Of a stretch of 64,000 nucleotides of DNA, positions 1 to 11,323 are shown in pieces. The position numbers and the translations under genes are program-made. Source of the stretch: an uncultured Chthonomonadaceae bacterium (lineage in GTDB: Bacteria; Armatimonadota; Chthonomonadetes; Chthonomonadales; Chthonomonadaceae); NCBI GenBank assembly GCA_963817895.1, contig CAWFQB010000005.1, forward strand, positions 736,001 through 800,000, written 5' to 3'. The first letter of the stretch is position 1. Each line of letters begins with the position of its first letter. Below the pieces are notes generated by a model. The model was not told where the DNA came from. It saw only the letters and a list, made by a program, of their open reading frames with translations, and searched no databases.

Positions 1-3000
1 AAAGCGGGCATATTCACCTTATGGCCCGACCATACAAACTGGCCGCTGACGGACGCGCTGAAGCCGGACGAGCCGATATGCGTGTCGAGCTGCAGGCCGA
101 TGGAGGTATCCAGGGATATGTTGGGAATGAGGGTAGTATGGGTCACCGGGTCCTGAATCGCGCCCGTATCCAATTTCAGCGGCAATCCGATTGTTACCAG
201 ACCGGCAAATTCGTAGGCGTTGCCTGTACGCTGTATGCTGAATGTCGCGCTCACGCCCAGCCACTGCCCTGTGATGATCGCGCTGTTGTTCGTAACCGTC
301 ACCATAGACTTCAAAAGGTTGAAGTCTTGCAAAGTAACGCTGACTGCCACCTGCAAAAACAGGGTTCCCTTGTTGTCGAGCGTCATAAGGCCGTCCGCTT
401 TTACTTTCAGCGGGGACGAGTCCGGGAACAGATCGAGATGCCCCTGCATCTGGAAGTGGGTATCGTCCATTGCCAGGCTGGCCGTAAAGACCGTGTAGTC
501 GCCCACGCGCAGCAGGCTTGTTCCACTCACTGAAAAAGCGGGAGAGCTGTGGCTGATAACCACCTGCCCGCGTAAATCCGCCGAAAACAGGCTGCCGATG
601 CTGCCGGACAGATGCAGGACGGTTCCGAAGCCGCCCGACGCGCCCGCAACTCCGAAGCGGCAGTCGAAGGCAAGCGCGTTTGCCAGATTCCAGCCGCCGC
701 GCAGGAACAAGACCATACCCTCATCGTTGGGCGTAGGCGAGGGCGGCAACACCTGTATGGTCGCGTTCAGATCGTTGAAAGCGGCGGGAACCCGGTTCTT
801 CGCCACCAGGTCGCGGAACTCTTTGGGCGTGGTGATAAGCCAGTCGGCGTAAATGCCCGACATGAACCCGAAGGCCAGCGTCTCCTGCCCGACGCGCTTT
901 TCCAATGGCAGGCACTGGATCAGTTCGTTCAGGCTGAGGGTCTTGATCGCGTTCAGCAGATGCGCCAGAACGCCATACGCGGTATACGGCGGCTGTAACC
1001 CCGTCTGTGTGCCGAGCGACTTGCCGCTGAGATATTTGGGCAATTGCAGGTAGTTCGGCCCGACGGTCAGGGAAAACGGAACTGCCGACGCGAACGAGGC
1101 ATTGGGGTCGAGCAGGTAGGTTCGATCCGTAAAGAACTTTTCTACGCTGGTGAACAGCGCCAGCAGTTGCTTGAAGTCGGGAACCTGCGGTTTCGGGAAC
1201 TGCCAGTCCGTCACCACGCTCAAGCCTTCCAATCCGAGATATTCGTAGCGCAAATGTTCGCAGAAAAGCGGAATGGGGATCGGAATCACGGTTTCGTAGA
1301 GTACCAGCACGAACAGGTTGTGGAGCGTGATCGTGTTCACGAGCGCGTTGCTGTTGGGCAGAATCGGCAGTTTGTCCAGGGGCAGCGCGATGGCGGCGGC
1401 CATAGTAATCACATCGAAGAAATCAATAACGGCGTCTATCTTGACGGAAAGCGCGGCGCCTCCGAACAGTTCGCCAATCGTGAGACTGTACAGTTCGATG
1501 CCCATGATCTGCGGCAGCGGGCCGATGAAGCAGGATGTCAGTATTTTGATCGGCTTGTCGCCCTCTACGGCGATCTTCCCGCTGACGCGCCCATCGTCCG
1601 TGATGGTAATGTCGAAGGTGAAGCCCTGCGGTATCTCAAAATCGAGATAGGACTTGAAGCGAGTCGGCAGATGGTCGAGCCGGGACGCAACGGCGTTGAG
1701 CGCTGTCGTGAACTCTGTGGGGAGGGAAACGCCGGTTTTTTGCAGCAGCGCCAGCAGCGCGCCTGTGTTCAAATTGCCTTTGTCGTCGAACGCCTTTATC
1801 TCCGCGAGAGGAATGCCTTTGGGCAGAGCCGAACTCAGCGCGTTCAGGTGGCAGGCATCCAGAAGCGATTTGATGGGCGTAAGCGGAATTTGGAGCGGAA
1901 ACGCTGGGATCGGCCTGCTCGAAGCCGCCCTGCGCGTTGAACTGTTTGCCGTCGTAACTGAAGACGGGAACCTCGAATTTGAACTTGCCGAAATCGCCGA
2001 AGTCCGCGTAGCACCAGGTAGTCCCGCCCTCGGTTTTGAACTGAAGGACGAGGAAGGGGGAGGAGACGGCGCGAATGGAAAGCCCGTTTTTGACATCGGC
2101 CTCGACCCGCAGGCGCGTCACGCTGCTGTCATCACCTTTGCGGTATGTGTTGAAAACATTCACGGACGGGGAGCCGTCAGATTTCGTGCCAAACAGCGTG
2201 TTTGTCTGATTCGGGATGCCGAACCCGGCGTCCATCGCGAAACTGATGTCGCTGCCCAGTTGCAGGGTGAAGTTGGCGGCTTCGATATTGCCCGTGCCCC
2301 ATTTCAGATGCAGGCTGCCCACATTGGTATCGGGGTAATTGATTTCCAGGGGGCTGACCAGATGATCTATCGTCAGCGTCGCGCCCGCCGCGTCCGCTTT
2401 GAAATCCGCTTTGCAGGGCGTGTTGGTGGCGGGGAACAGCGATTGCAGACCGTTGGGCATTCCCGTGAACCACAGGTCTACCTCCGAGTTAAGGCCCATT
2501 TGGTTTTGCCCGCGCTGTCGCGCGTCCCGGTTATTCCGACGGACTCCCATCCGAGATGAACGGCAGAGGGGGTGCCGGGAATGGGAATGGAAACGTCGGC
2601 GCTCGTGGCTTTGAAAACCAGCCCCATCGTTGCTTCCTTCTTGTAAAGCTGCACGGAACCGGCAACCGCAACGTCGGGGTCGAAATGGAGTCCGCCGGCA
2701 ATGGTAACGTCCCAGGTATACGCGCTGGCAGCGTCCAGGGGCTGCGCGGTATCGGGCTTTTTGGTTGTGGATTTAAGGGCTTTTTGAATGGAAATCGCCA
2801 CGCTGTTCGCCGTCATGCCGCCGTCCGGCAACGTGACAAGATCGCCCTTGCCGGTCTGTCCGGCGTCCAGGGTAAACGTTCGGGCGTCCGAAGTGGTCAT
2901 CACGCTGGCGGCTAAAGTAACATTGTGGTCGAAAACGGTGGCGGCGATGGAACCGGAAACGCTCCAGTCGGTTTTCCCGTCGTACTGAAAACTGAGGTTC

Positions 3001-4196
3001 GTGCCGGTGAATACCAGTCCGTCCACAACCGTGACGGTTTCGGTGTCCTGCGCCGTAAGCAGCGCGTGTATCGCCCCGGAAACCTGTGTCACGCCGCTGC
3101 CCGCGCTTGCATCCCTGGCGATATGTACGGTAGTGGTGTTAATGCCCTGATTGGCGACGCCGAACGGCAGCGTCCAGCGCGTGGCGCAAACGGCGTCGAA
3201 GGTAAAAACGCCCGTGTCGGGAACGGCGGTCAGTTTCACGCCGGAAAGCGCGACATCGGGAACTTCGGGCGGAAGCGCGACGCCCTGCGGCAGCAGGTCA
3301 CGGACAACCGCGTTCAAATTCAGCGGCGTTTGCGCCGCCAGATCCGCTTCCAGCGTCCAGTTGGCGGCTCCCGCGGGCTTGCTTGCGGATACCGTCAGGT
3401 CGCTGTCGAACAGCAGAAGCTGGCCCTGAATACTGCCTTCTACGGTTCTGGTCGCGGCCGTGCCGGGCGTATTGACGGTCAAATTGAGCGACACGCCGCT
3501 GACGGCGAATTTATCCGGGAAAACCTGCCAGGCATGGTCTTTGCCCGATACCTGCGTTGCCAGCTGAATCATAGCGATGGATTTCGTTTTAATATCCACG
3601 CTGAGGGTGAGACTGGCAAGCGATACGTTGCCCAAACTTGCAAGCCCGGAAGGGAAGAACGAAAGGTCGGCGGAAGTGAGGCTAGACAGTTCGGTCAGGC
3701 CAAGCGCGGGCAGGGCGTTGGCTGCAAGGGTCAGAGTCCAGAGGGCAGCCGTCGCCGTCACCTGAAATTCTACAGACACGGTTGTTTGTTTTACCGTAAT
3801 GGCGGCATCCACAATTCCCGTGACGGTATTTACGTCTGCCGAACTGACGTTCAGCTTGACGCGAGTCACGGCCAGCCACGACGCTTCGGGAAAGAGGAGG
3901 GGCGCGGCATCTTGATAGGTCACGGTCAGGCCGCACGACTTTGCCGTCCCCGCTTCCGTAAAGTCAATCTCTACATTCGCCTGTGGAATGTCAAAAAGAG
4001 TGACAGCGCCGGTAAGCGCGAGGCTGCCGTCTGAGGCAGTGGCGAGATTCGCGTTTTGTACCACGATTTTATCGCCGCCGGGGAGGTGGGCGAGCAGGGC
4101 GGGAAGAAGCCCGCCGCTTTGGGCAATGCCGGCCAGGGAGAGCAGGCCGTTTTGAATGTCTTGCTGAATCTCTTGCTGCAGCTGCGCGAGCGACAT
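1..4196 (-). CDS. Very large beta-rich hypothetical protein, frameshifted, runs off the left edge of the window
   Basis: ATG at 4196 (MSLAQLQQ...) with GGAG RBS. ORFs 2478-4268 and 1636-2550 are followed by an open minus frame towards position 1 (e.g. LFGGAALSVKIDAVIDFFDVIT...). Apparent frameshifts near 2550 and about 1850. Confidence 0.6.
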
Positions 4197-4562
4197 AGCG
4201 GAACTCCATTTTCGGTGAACGTACCGACCGTGTGAAGAGAACAGTTGGCAGAAAACGGTGGCCTGCATAGTGGCAAGGAGTGGCCTGTGTCGGAAGCGTA
4301 GTATCAGGACGAGCTTCCCCCGTAACCTTACCAGCCATTATAACAAAAGTATTATTCGCTGTCAATAAGTTTTTTGAGGTTGTGATATTTGTATGCTATG
4401 TCAATTTTTGGCAATATATATAGGCGTATATCCTGTGTTACTTCCGGCGTGACAGTGGAAGCACACGTCCTCCACAATGAGATTGTTTTTCTCCCTTGAT
4501 AGTCATGAGAAACGCTTCTTAATCTTCTCTTAACAGGCGGCTGGTATGATACCGCAAGAAAT

Positions 4563-4670
4563 CCGTGAGATAAATCTCGCGGCTGTGATAACGAAACCCG
4601 CCTTCGCGGGTTGCATACTCAGTCCACGCAGGTGGACTTTGTTACCGCAGCCGAGGAATTTATTCCCCGG
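4563..4670. repeat. REPIN-like four-hairpin inverted-repeat element
   Basis: Terminal arms ccgtgagataaatctcgcggctgtgataac and gttaccgcagccgaggaatttattccccgg are imperfect reverse complements. Internal hairpins are aacccgccttcgcgggtt and agtccacgcaggtggact. Confidence 0.7.
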
Positions 4671-4716
4671 ATGCCAATGTTTTATGACAGTATGCCTGTT
4701 AAGAGAGGATCGTTTC

Positions 4717-6297
4717 ATGTCTACGGAAACCACATTGCCCAATATATCGCGCCGTCAACTGCTGCAAGCCGCCGGGGGTGTCACCTTCCTCGCGCTTGTG
4801 CCAACGCCCAACGGCTACGCCGCCCGTTTCGACCGCAACTATCAATCGAAAACCGAAAACCGAAAATCGGAGACTGCGCTGCCTCTGTTCACCGCCCTGC
4901 CCTATATTCAACCCGGCACGAGCAGCAGCAAACTGGCAGAAGGGCAGGAATCGCTTGTCGTGGCGTGGCAGACCAACCATGTTCCCGCCGAGTTTACCCT
5001 CGATTACGGCGCGTCCGGCCTGAACCAGAAGGCCAACATTACGCGGGCGCAACGGTTGAGCGGCGACCATGAGGACGAAAGCCACCACCAGAACTATGTG
5101 GCGACCCTGACCGGCTTATCCCTGAACAAGCGCTACCAGTACCGGGTTCGCATGAACGGCGAGGTTCTAATGGAGGGGTATTTCACGACCCGCAAGCCGC
5201 GTGGCGTGAAAAGCCGGTTCGTGGCGTTTGGCGACAACTCTTACGGCGACATCAGCGACCGCGCCATCGCGTATCAGGCGTATCGCGCCCGCCCCGACTT
5301 TATGATGAACACGGGCGACAACGTGTACGAGGATGGGCTGGACAACGAGTACGCCCGCTACTTCTTCCCTGTGTACAACGCCGAGCAGACCGGACAACGG
5401 ACGGGCGCACCCCTGCTGCGCTCGATTCCCTACTACTCCGTGATTGCCAACCACGATGTTCACGCCAAAGGGCCGCAAGGCCGCCCGGTTGCCGACTTTA
5501 CGCTGCACAATGACGCCCTTGCCTATTTCACCAATTTTCACTTTCCGCTGAACGGCCCCACACCGGCGCAAAAAACGCCCGCGTATGGCGATGCCGCCGC
5601 TATTGACCATTTCGCCAAATGCGCCGGGCGCGCGGTATCCCAACATGGTGAACTACTCCTACGATTACGCCGACGCGCATTTCCTGTGTTTGGACAGCAA
5701 CATCTATGTAGACCCGACGGATACGGGCTTGCAGGAGTGGATTGCCGCCGACTTAGCGAATACGGATGCCGCCTGGAAGTTCGTCGTGTACCATCATCCC
5801 GCCTTCAACGCGGGCTTCGACCACTACGCCGAGCAGCACATGCGCGTTCTTGTCGCCCCTGTTCGAGAAGCATGGCGTTGACATGCTGCTGCACGGCCAC
5901 GAGCATACCTATCAGCGGACGCGCCCCTTCCGTTTCGCGCCGAACGGCGTTGCCGGAGCCAAAAACGTCAACAGCAAGAATCGATTGGTTCCCGGCAAGT
6001 TCACGATTGACACGCGCTTCGACGGCAAGACCGTTACCAAACCGGACGGCATTATCTATATCACGACGGGCGCGGGCGGCAAGCACCTGTACGACCCGGA
6101 AAGCAACAACAACCCCAAAATCGTGGCTGCACCCCGAAGACAACAACGCCGATTACGTCGTCCGCTTCGTGTCCGACCGCCACTCCCTGACCGTTTTCGA
6201 CATGGACGCCAACAGCCTGACCATGACGCAGATTGACGAGTGGGGCAACACCATAGACCGCATTCGCATTACCAAAGCTGATTGTTCTGAACGATGA
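4717..6297 (+). CDS. Tat-exported purple acid phosphatase-like metallophosphoesterase (frameshifted)
   Basis: SRRQLL Tat motif; FN3-like N-domain; GDNSYG, GDNVY, ANHD and HGHEH metal motifs spread over ORFs 4546-6297, 5585-5881 and 5766-6236. Confidence 0.85.
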   Translation: MSTETTLPNISRRQLLQAAGGVTFLALVPTPNGYAARFDRNYQSKTENRKSETALPLFTALPYIQPGTSSSKLAEGQESLVVAWQTNHVPAEFTLDYGASGLNQKANITRAQRLSGDHEDESHHQNYVATLTGLSLNKRYQYRVRMNGEVLMEGYFTTRKPRGVKSRFVAFGDNSYGDISDRAIAYQAYRARPDFMMNTGDNVYEDGLDNEYARYFFPVYNAEQTGQRTGAPLLRSIPYYSVIANHDVHAKGPQGRPVADFTLHNDALAYFTNFHFPLNGPTPAQKTPAYGDAAAIDHFAKCAGRAVSQHGELLLRLRRRAFPVFGQQHLCRPDGYGLAGVDCRRLSEYGCRLEVRRVPSSRLQRGLRPLRRAAHARSCRPCSRSMALTCCCTATSIPISGRAPSVSRRTALPEPKTSTARIDWFPASSRLTRASTARPLPNRTALSISRRARAASTCTTRKATTTPKSWLHPEDNNADYVVRFVSDRHSLTVFDMDANSLTMTQIDEWGNTIDRIRITKADCSER

Positions 6298-6376
6298 TTT
6301 TCATGCTTGAGGATACAGGATTAGCGAGGCGCGTTCATCATGGGTATCTCATAATCCTGAAAATCATAGTTCAAGA
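6286..6376. repeat. Intergenic inverted repeat
   Basis: tctgaacgatgattttca ... tgaaaatcatagttcaaga. Confidence 0.5.
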
Positions 6377-6451
6377 CAAAGCCGTTTGACTTGCGGCAGG
6401 AAAACCGTTTTCCTGTGGAATGAGGCGCAAACACTCTAAGGAGAGCGGCAC

Positions 6452-6905
6452 ATGCCCAACAACGGACACAATACTACGATTGGCGGCGGGGGTTTTCATC
6501 ATCTTGCCCTGCGCGCCTACGATTTCGACAAGACACTGGATTTTTACATCAACGGGCTGGGGTTCCAGAAAAAGCACGGTTGGGGCGAGGACGGCAGGAG
6601 CAAGGGCGAACCGGACAGCCGCGCCGTGATGCTGGACACGGGCGACGGCAACTATCTGGAAGTGTTCGCGGGCGGCAACGATGCTGCCCGAAGACGTTCC
6701 CGAAGGCGCGCTGTTCCATTTCGCCATCCGTTCCAGTGACGTTCCCGCCGCGCTGGAACGCGCCCGCGCGCATGGCGCCACCGTTACCGTCGAACCAAAA
6801 AAGGTCACGCCCCCCCACAGCGAACGCCCGCTGGAATTCCATATCGCCTTTGTGCGCGGGTTTAACGGCGAAGTCATCGAATTCTTCGACAATCCTGAAC
6901 TGTAG
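6452..6905 (+). CDS. VOC/glyoxalase family protein (frameshifted near 6685)
   Basis: GFHHLALRAYDFDKTLDFY..LGF in one ORF; LFHFAIRSSDV and GFNGEVIEFF in the second. Confidence 0.85.
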
Positions 6906-6930
6906 CCTTCATCGGGTGTCCACAATGGTC

Positions 6931-6956
6931 CCCTTCTCCCAAATTTGGGAGAAGGG
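6931..6956. repeat. Perfect palindrome / hairpin repeat
   Basis: cccttctcccaaa|tttgggagaaggg. Confidence 0.6.
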
Positions 6957-7002
6957 AGGCATTTATCTCAGTATATAGCGAAAACAATGAAAGCGGGCGG
7001 CG

Positions 7003-8381
7003 ATGGATTTTGAGGCGAGCCTTCAGTATATGGAGAGCCTGCTGCGGTTCGGCTGGAAATTGGGCAATGAGCGGTTTTCCGCCCTGTGCGAACGATTGGG
7101 CAATCCGCAGGACCAGTACCACATTATCCATATCACCGGCACGAAGGGCAAAGGCTCCACAACCGCGCTGGCGGCGAACATTTTGCGAGCGCAGGGCTAT
7201 AACGTCGGCGCGTACTTTTCGCCGTATGTGTACGATCCCTGTGAGCGCGTTCAGGTCAACGGGCAGATGATTCCGCGCGACGATTTTGCCCGTATTGTTA
7301 CCGAAATTCGCCCGCATATTGAAGAATTGGCGCAAACCGAACTGGGGCAGACGACGGAATTTGAATTGAAAACCGCGCTTGGCTTCTGCTGGTTTGCCGA
7401 ACAAAATGTGGATTGGGCCTGCATCGAGGTGGGAATCGGCGGCAGGCTGGACGCCACGAATATCGTGAAACCAACCGTTTCGGTGATTACCAACATCGGG
7501 CTGGACCACATGCAGCAATTGGGCGACACCCACGCCCTGATTGCGAGTGAAAAAGCGGGCATCATCAAGCCGGGTATTCCGTGCATAACAGCAGTAGAAC
7601 ATCCCGACGCGCTGGAAGTGATACGGCAAACGGCGCGGGAGCGGGATTCTCCCCTCGCGTTGGTACGGCAGGGCGAAGCCTCGCAGCCAACAGGGGACGC
7701 AGGGCGAATTTACTGGCGGCTTGACTTGAAAACAAAACCTAAATGGCAGCCCGGTGAAGAGGATGAACATACTGCCCCGTTTAAGGTCGCCACTGCCGCA
7801 AACATTTACCGTTTCCTGAATTTACGCTTGAATGGCGTATACCAGCGCGTAAATGCCGCCTGCGCGATTGCCGCAGTGGAAACCGCGCTGCACCAGCGAA
7901 ATGAAACGCTTTCCAAAAAGGCGGTTCGCGAGGGGTTGTGGAACACAACTTTGCCGGGACGGTTCGAGCAGGTACAAATACCCGATGGCCCGCTTGTGGT
8001 TCTGGATGGGGCGCACAATGAAATGGCGGCGCAGGCATTGGCCGGCCCGGTTCGCGCCCTGTGCGCGGCCAAACACATTTCGCGCGTGTTTCTGGTCATT
8101 GGCATGTTGACCGGACACGCGCCCGAAGGCGTATTTGCCGCTCTTGCGCCGCTTGCCGAGCGTATTTACGTGTGCCAGCCCCAATGGAAACGCGCGCAGA
8201 CCGGTAGAAGAACTGGCAAACGTGGCGCGTCAATTCTCCGAGAATGTCATCGTGATTCCTGACGTTCGGAAGCCGCGCAAACCGCTATCGCAGCACGCGC
8301 GACCCGGATGATCTCGTACTCATTACCGGCTCATTCTATACTGTTGGCGAAACAGCTACCGTAAGCGGAATTAGAGGATAA
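7003..8381 (+). CDS. folC: Folylpolyglutamate synthase/dihydrofolate synthase (C-terminal frameshift)
   Basis: ITGTKGKGST, EVGIGGRLDATNIV and LDGAHN motifs. C-terminal LITGSFYTVG lies in another frame ending at TAA 8379-8381. Confidence 0.93.
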
Positions 8382-8384
8382 TAT

Positions 8385-8576
8385 TTGACCGCTCGACAAG
8401 TAATTAAACGTCTTTTGGATGAAGGCTGGTATGAAGACCGGCAAAACGGCAGCCACAAAGTTTTCAAGCATCCTGACAGACCGGGCCGGGTTGTTGTGGC
8501 GGTTCACGGCAGCAAAGACATACCTCGTAAAACACTTCAGGACATTTACGATCAAGCCGGATGGGGGAAACCATAA
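8385..8576 (+). CDS. hicA: HicA family toxin (mRNA interferase)
   Basis: 63 aa; GW..RQNGSHKVFKHP..GRVVV.VH...DI...TL..I..QAG. Confidence 0.9.
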   Translation: MTARQVIKRLLDEGWYEDRQNGSHKVFKHPDRPGRVVVAVHGSKDIPRKTLQDIYDQAGWGKP

Positions 8577-8800
8577 TGAACGAGTATGCGGTTGTTTATG
8601 AGCGGGGTGAGGAGGGCGAGGAGAATTGGGGCGCCTACGTTCCTGACCTTCCGGGCTGCACTACGACGGCGGACACCTTTGAGGAGGCGCAGCGTAATAT
8701 TCAGGAAGCCATTGAGGGCTACATTGCGTCCCTGCGTGACGGCGGAGAACCTGTGCCACGTCCCACAACCATAGTTGGGCGTGTCGCAGTTGCAGCGTGA
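8576..8800 (+). CDS. hicB: HicB family antitoxin (short form, no DNA-binding domain)
   Basis: TAATG stop/start overlap with hicA; VPDLPGCTT..DTFEEA..NIQEAI...GEPVPRP. Confidence 0.9.
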   Translation: MNEYAVVYERGEEGEENWGAYVPDLPGCTTTADTFEEAQRNIQEAIEGYIASLRDGGEPVPRPTTIVGRVAVAA

Positions 8801-8820
8801 TTCAAACTAACCTCCATGCG

Positions 8821-10397
8821 CTAATTCTCTATTTGCGCCCACGCTGCGGTCTTAACGATGTCTTGCATCTGCGCGGGCGTCAGGCCCAGTTTGGCCGCGC
8901 TCGTAATCACGTCCCGCATGTCCACGCCGTACCAGTTGCGCTTGTTCGGTTCGCCTAATCCCGCTACGTTCAAACACGCGATGGCATCGGCTACCTGACG
9001 TTCAAAATCAGCAGCGTTTAATTTCCGCTTTGTACGCACGTGTTCACGCAGTTGTTGCGCGGCGTGTTTCATTCCCGTTGCGAATGGCGGGAAATCTGCG
9101 GCAAGGAACTGTTGCGGGCGGGCAGGCATGTCAACGCGACGCGCCATTTCCGCGTGACTTGCGGCGGCAAAATAGAACATTGAGAACGCCCTAAATAATG
9201 GAAAGTCCGTCATTCCCGCATAGCAGGCGGCAATGAACTGCGCCGTCCAATCGGCTTCGCGCAGGGTAACGCTGTTATACTCCTGTAAGTCGCGCTTCCC
9301 AGCTCCTGCGTACCCCACGCTTCTTCAAACATTCGTCCCAACCGCTCAATTCCTAACAGCGTCAGCGGCATTCCCGTGCTGAAGAGCGGGTCTACAAACG
9401 CCATTGCGGACGGCAGCAGCGCCCACCTTTCTCCGGCGGCAATGCTCATGCGATACGTAAGTTTGGGCGCGTAAACAAACGGGCGAATGGTCTTCGCGTC
9501 GGCAAACTGCGCCTCAACCGTCGGGAAGCGGCGTAAAATACGCGGCCACGCGGCTTCGCCCTCCGCAAGGTTCAACTCCCGCGCCAGCCAATCTTCTATT
9601 GCCACGCCCGCGCTCGTGACGCCATTATTAAACCGCAAAACCCACATCCAGCCGCCCTCAAAGACATGATGCAGCGCGGCGTCATCGGGCGGATACGGGG
9701 GCGTTTCGGGAGTTTGGAAAACGTTCATACGGTCGCAACGGTGTACGTTCGTGAAATGCGAATATAAGGCTTGCGTGGGCGGGTAAGCGGCAAAACTTGC
9801 AGTCGGCAAATTCAGGCTTCGCGCCAGCAGTCCGTTCGGCCCGCCCGCATCCACGACAAATTGTGCCACGACGCGAATGGCCTGCCCGTACCGCTCGCCC
9901 GTCAGAATTGCGCTCCCCGCCGTAAACTCCGCGCCGCACAATCGCGTTTCATCCAGATACTCCACGCCCAACGCCAGCGCTTCCCGCAAAAGAAAATCAT
10001 CTACATCCGAGCGCAGCCAGTGCGTATCCGCAACCGCGTTGTTCGGGCTTGCCGCGACAATCAGTTGATTTCCGCGCGCAGGGTCGGGACAAAACGGCCT
10101 GCCCGCCTGATGGTGGTAATAGGTGAAGCCGCGTTTTAATCCGCAAACGACATCGGGGTACGCGGCCTGCCACGCGCCATAGGTGGTCAGAGGAAGCAGG
10201 CGGGAGAGGTCGTAACGATGCGCAAGCTGTTCAATCAGCAGGTTCATCAGGGGCGACGTGGATTCGCCGATGGCAAACCGGGGATGCTTGCCCTTTTCCA
10301 GCAAAATCACGCGCAGCCCGATACGCCGCGCAATCATCGCCAGCAGCGTTCCGCCAAATCCTGAGCCAATAACGGCTATATCGTAGTCTGTTTGCAT
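8821..10397 (-). CDS. Flavin-dependent halogenase-like oxidoreductase (frameshift near 9300)
   Basis: IAVIGSGFGG FAD motif, RFAIGES, GLKRGF (candidate catalytic Lys), GGWMWVLRF (WxWxIP-like) and FVDPLFSTG. C-terminus is in ORF 8821-9318. Confidence 0.8.
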
Positions 10398-11323
10398 GGT
10401 TCAAGACAATCACAGTCCACTGTCAGCGGCAAGGATTGCAAGCGATTCATTTCCGCGATACGTTTGGCGCGGGCGGGGGAACAGGCGCAGGCATAGAACT
10501 TTTCTATGTCCCATAAATCCGCGAACACGCGCCCTCGTTGTAAGTTTAGGCCGTACTCCTGCGCGGATTCGAGAGAACGAAGCGAAGGAGGGGCGAACAT
10601 TCCGGCTTCAGCCAATGCTTCCATTGCGCCATTGCCGCCCCGCGTCGGTATCAGGCAGCAGACGGACGCGCCCGCGTCGAAGGCCACGTCCAGCGAACGC
10701 TTTGCCCATTCCAGCCCCTCCGCCTCACTCATAAACGGCGGGCGAACCAGCAGAAACACGCGCAGGTCTATGCCTTCCTGACGCAGCCACGCGGCTTTCT
10801 GTTGAAAATCCTCTACGGTAAACCGCTTGTTCAAACGCTGCAACACCTGCGGGTGCGCGGTTTCCAGCCCGATAGCCACTTCCAACTTCCCTGCCAATCT
10901 CCTGCGGAACTGTCGGCAGCGTTCGCCGATAAAAGCCGGGTGCGCTTCCACAATCACGCGCTCGAAATGGGTGACAAGGGCGGCGATCTCCTCATCGTCT
11001 TCGGGCGGGATGGCGTTGGGATCGAAGAAACTGCCCGCGTTATAGAGTTTAATCTGGCGGGCGGGCGGCAAACGGTTGAGCGCATGGCGTATCTGCGCGG
11101 CAATCGCGCCTTGTGGTACGGTCGTATCCAGCGTGTTCTGCCACAAATCGCACATCAGGCAACGGAACGGACACTCGCGATTGGTCAGAAACACGGTCGC
11201 GGTCGGCACGAGTTCGCCATTCGCGCCCCATTCCTCTTCCCATAAAAACGCATACGGAACAAGCGCGTCAAGGGCGTTTTTCGGGCCGCGCTGTGCAGTT
11301 ATCCAGCGACTTTCATAGTTCAC
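10376..11323 (-). CDS. Radical SAM protein, TIGR01210/RaSEA-like
   Basis: CPFRCLMC (CxxxCxxC), IKLYNAGSFFD, LEVAIGLET, FLLVRPPF and PPSL.S resemble the archaeal RaSEA family. Overlaps the halogenase start. Confidence 0.8.
   Translation of the reverse strand: MNYESRWITAQRGPKNALDALVPYAFLWEEEWGANGELVPTATVFLTNRECPFRCLMCDLWQNTLDTTVPQGAIAAQIRHALNRLPPARQIKLYNAGSFFDPNAIPPEDDEEIAALVTHFERVIVEAHPAFIGERCRQFRRRLAGKLEVAIGLETAHPQVLQRLNKRFTVEDFQQKAAWLRQEGIDLRVFLLVRPPFMSEAEGLEWAKRSLDVAFDAGASVCCLIPTRGGNGAMEALAEAGMFAPPSLRSLESAQEYGLNLQRGRVFADLWDIEKFYACACSPARAKRIAEMNRLQSLPLTVDCDCLEPCKQTTI

Noticed and set aside
1044..4034. Long plus-strand ORFs (1044-1940, 1654-2559, 2925-4034) and similar shadow ORFs elsewhere
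   Set aside because: Antisense shadows of GC-rich minus-strand genes, with no motifs.
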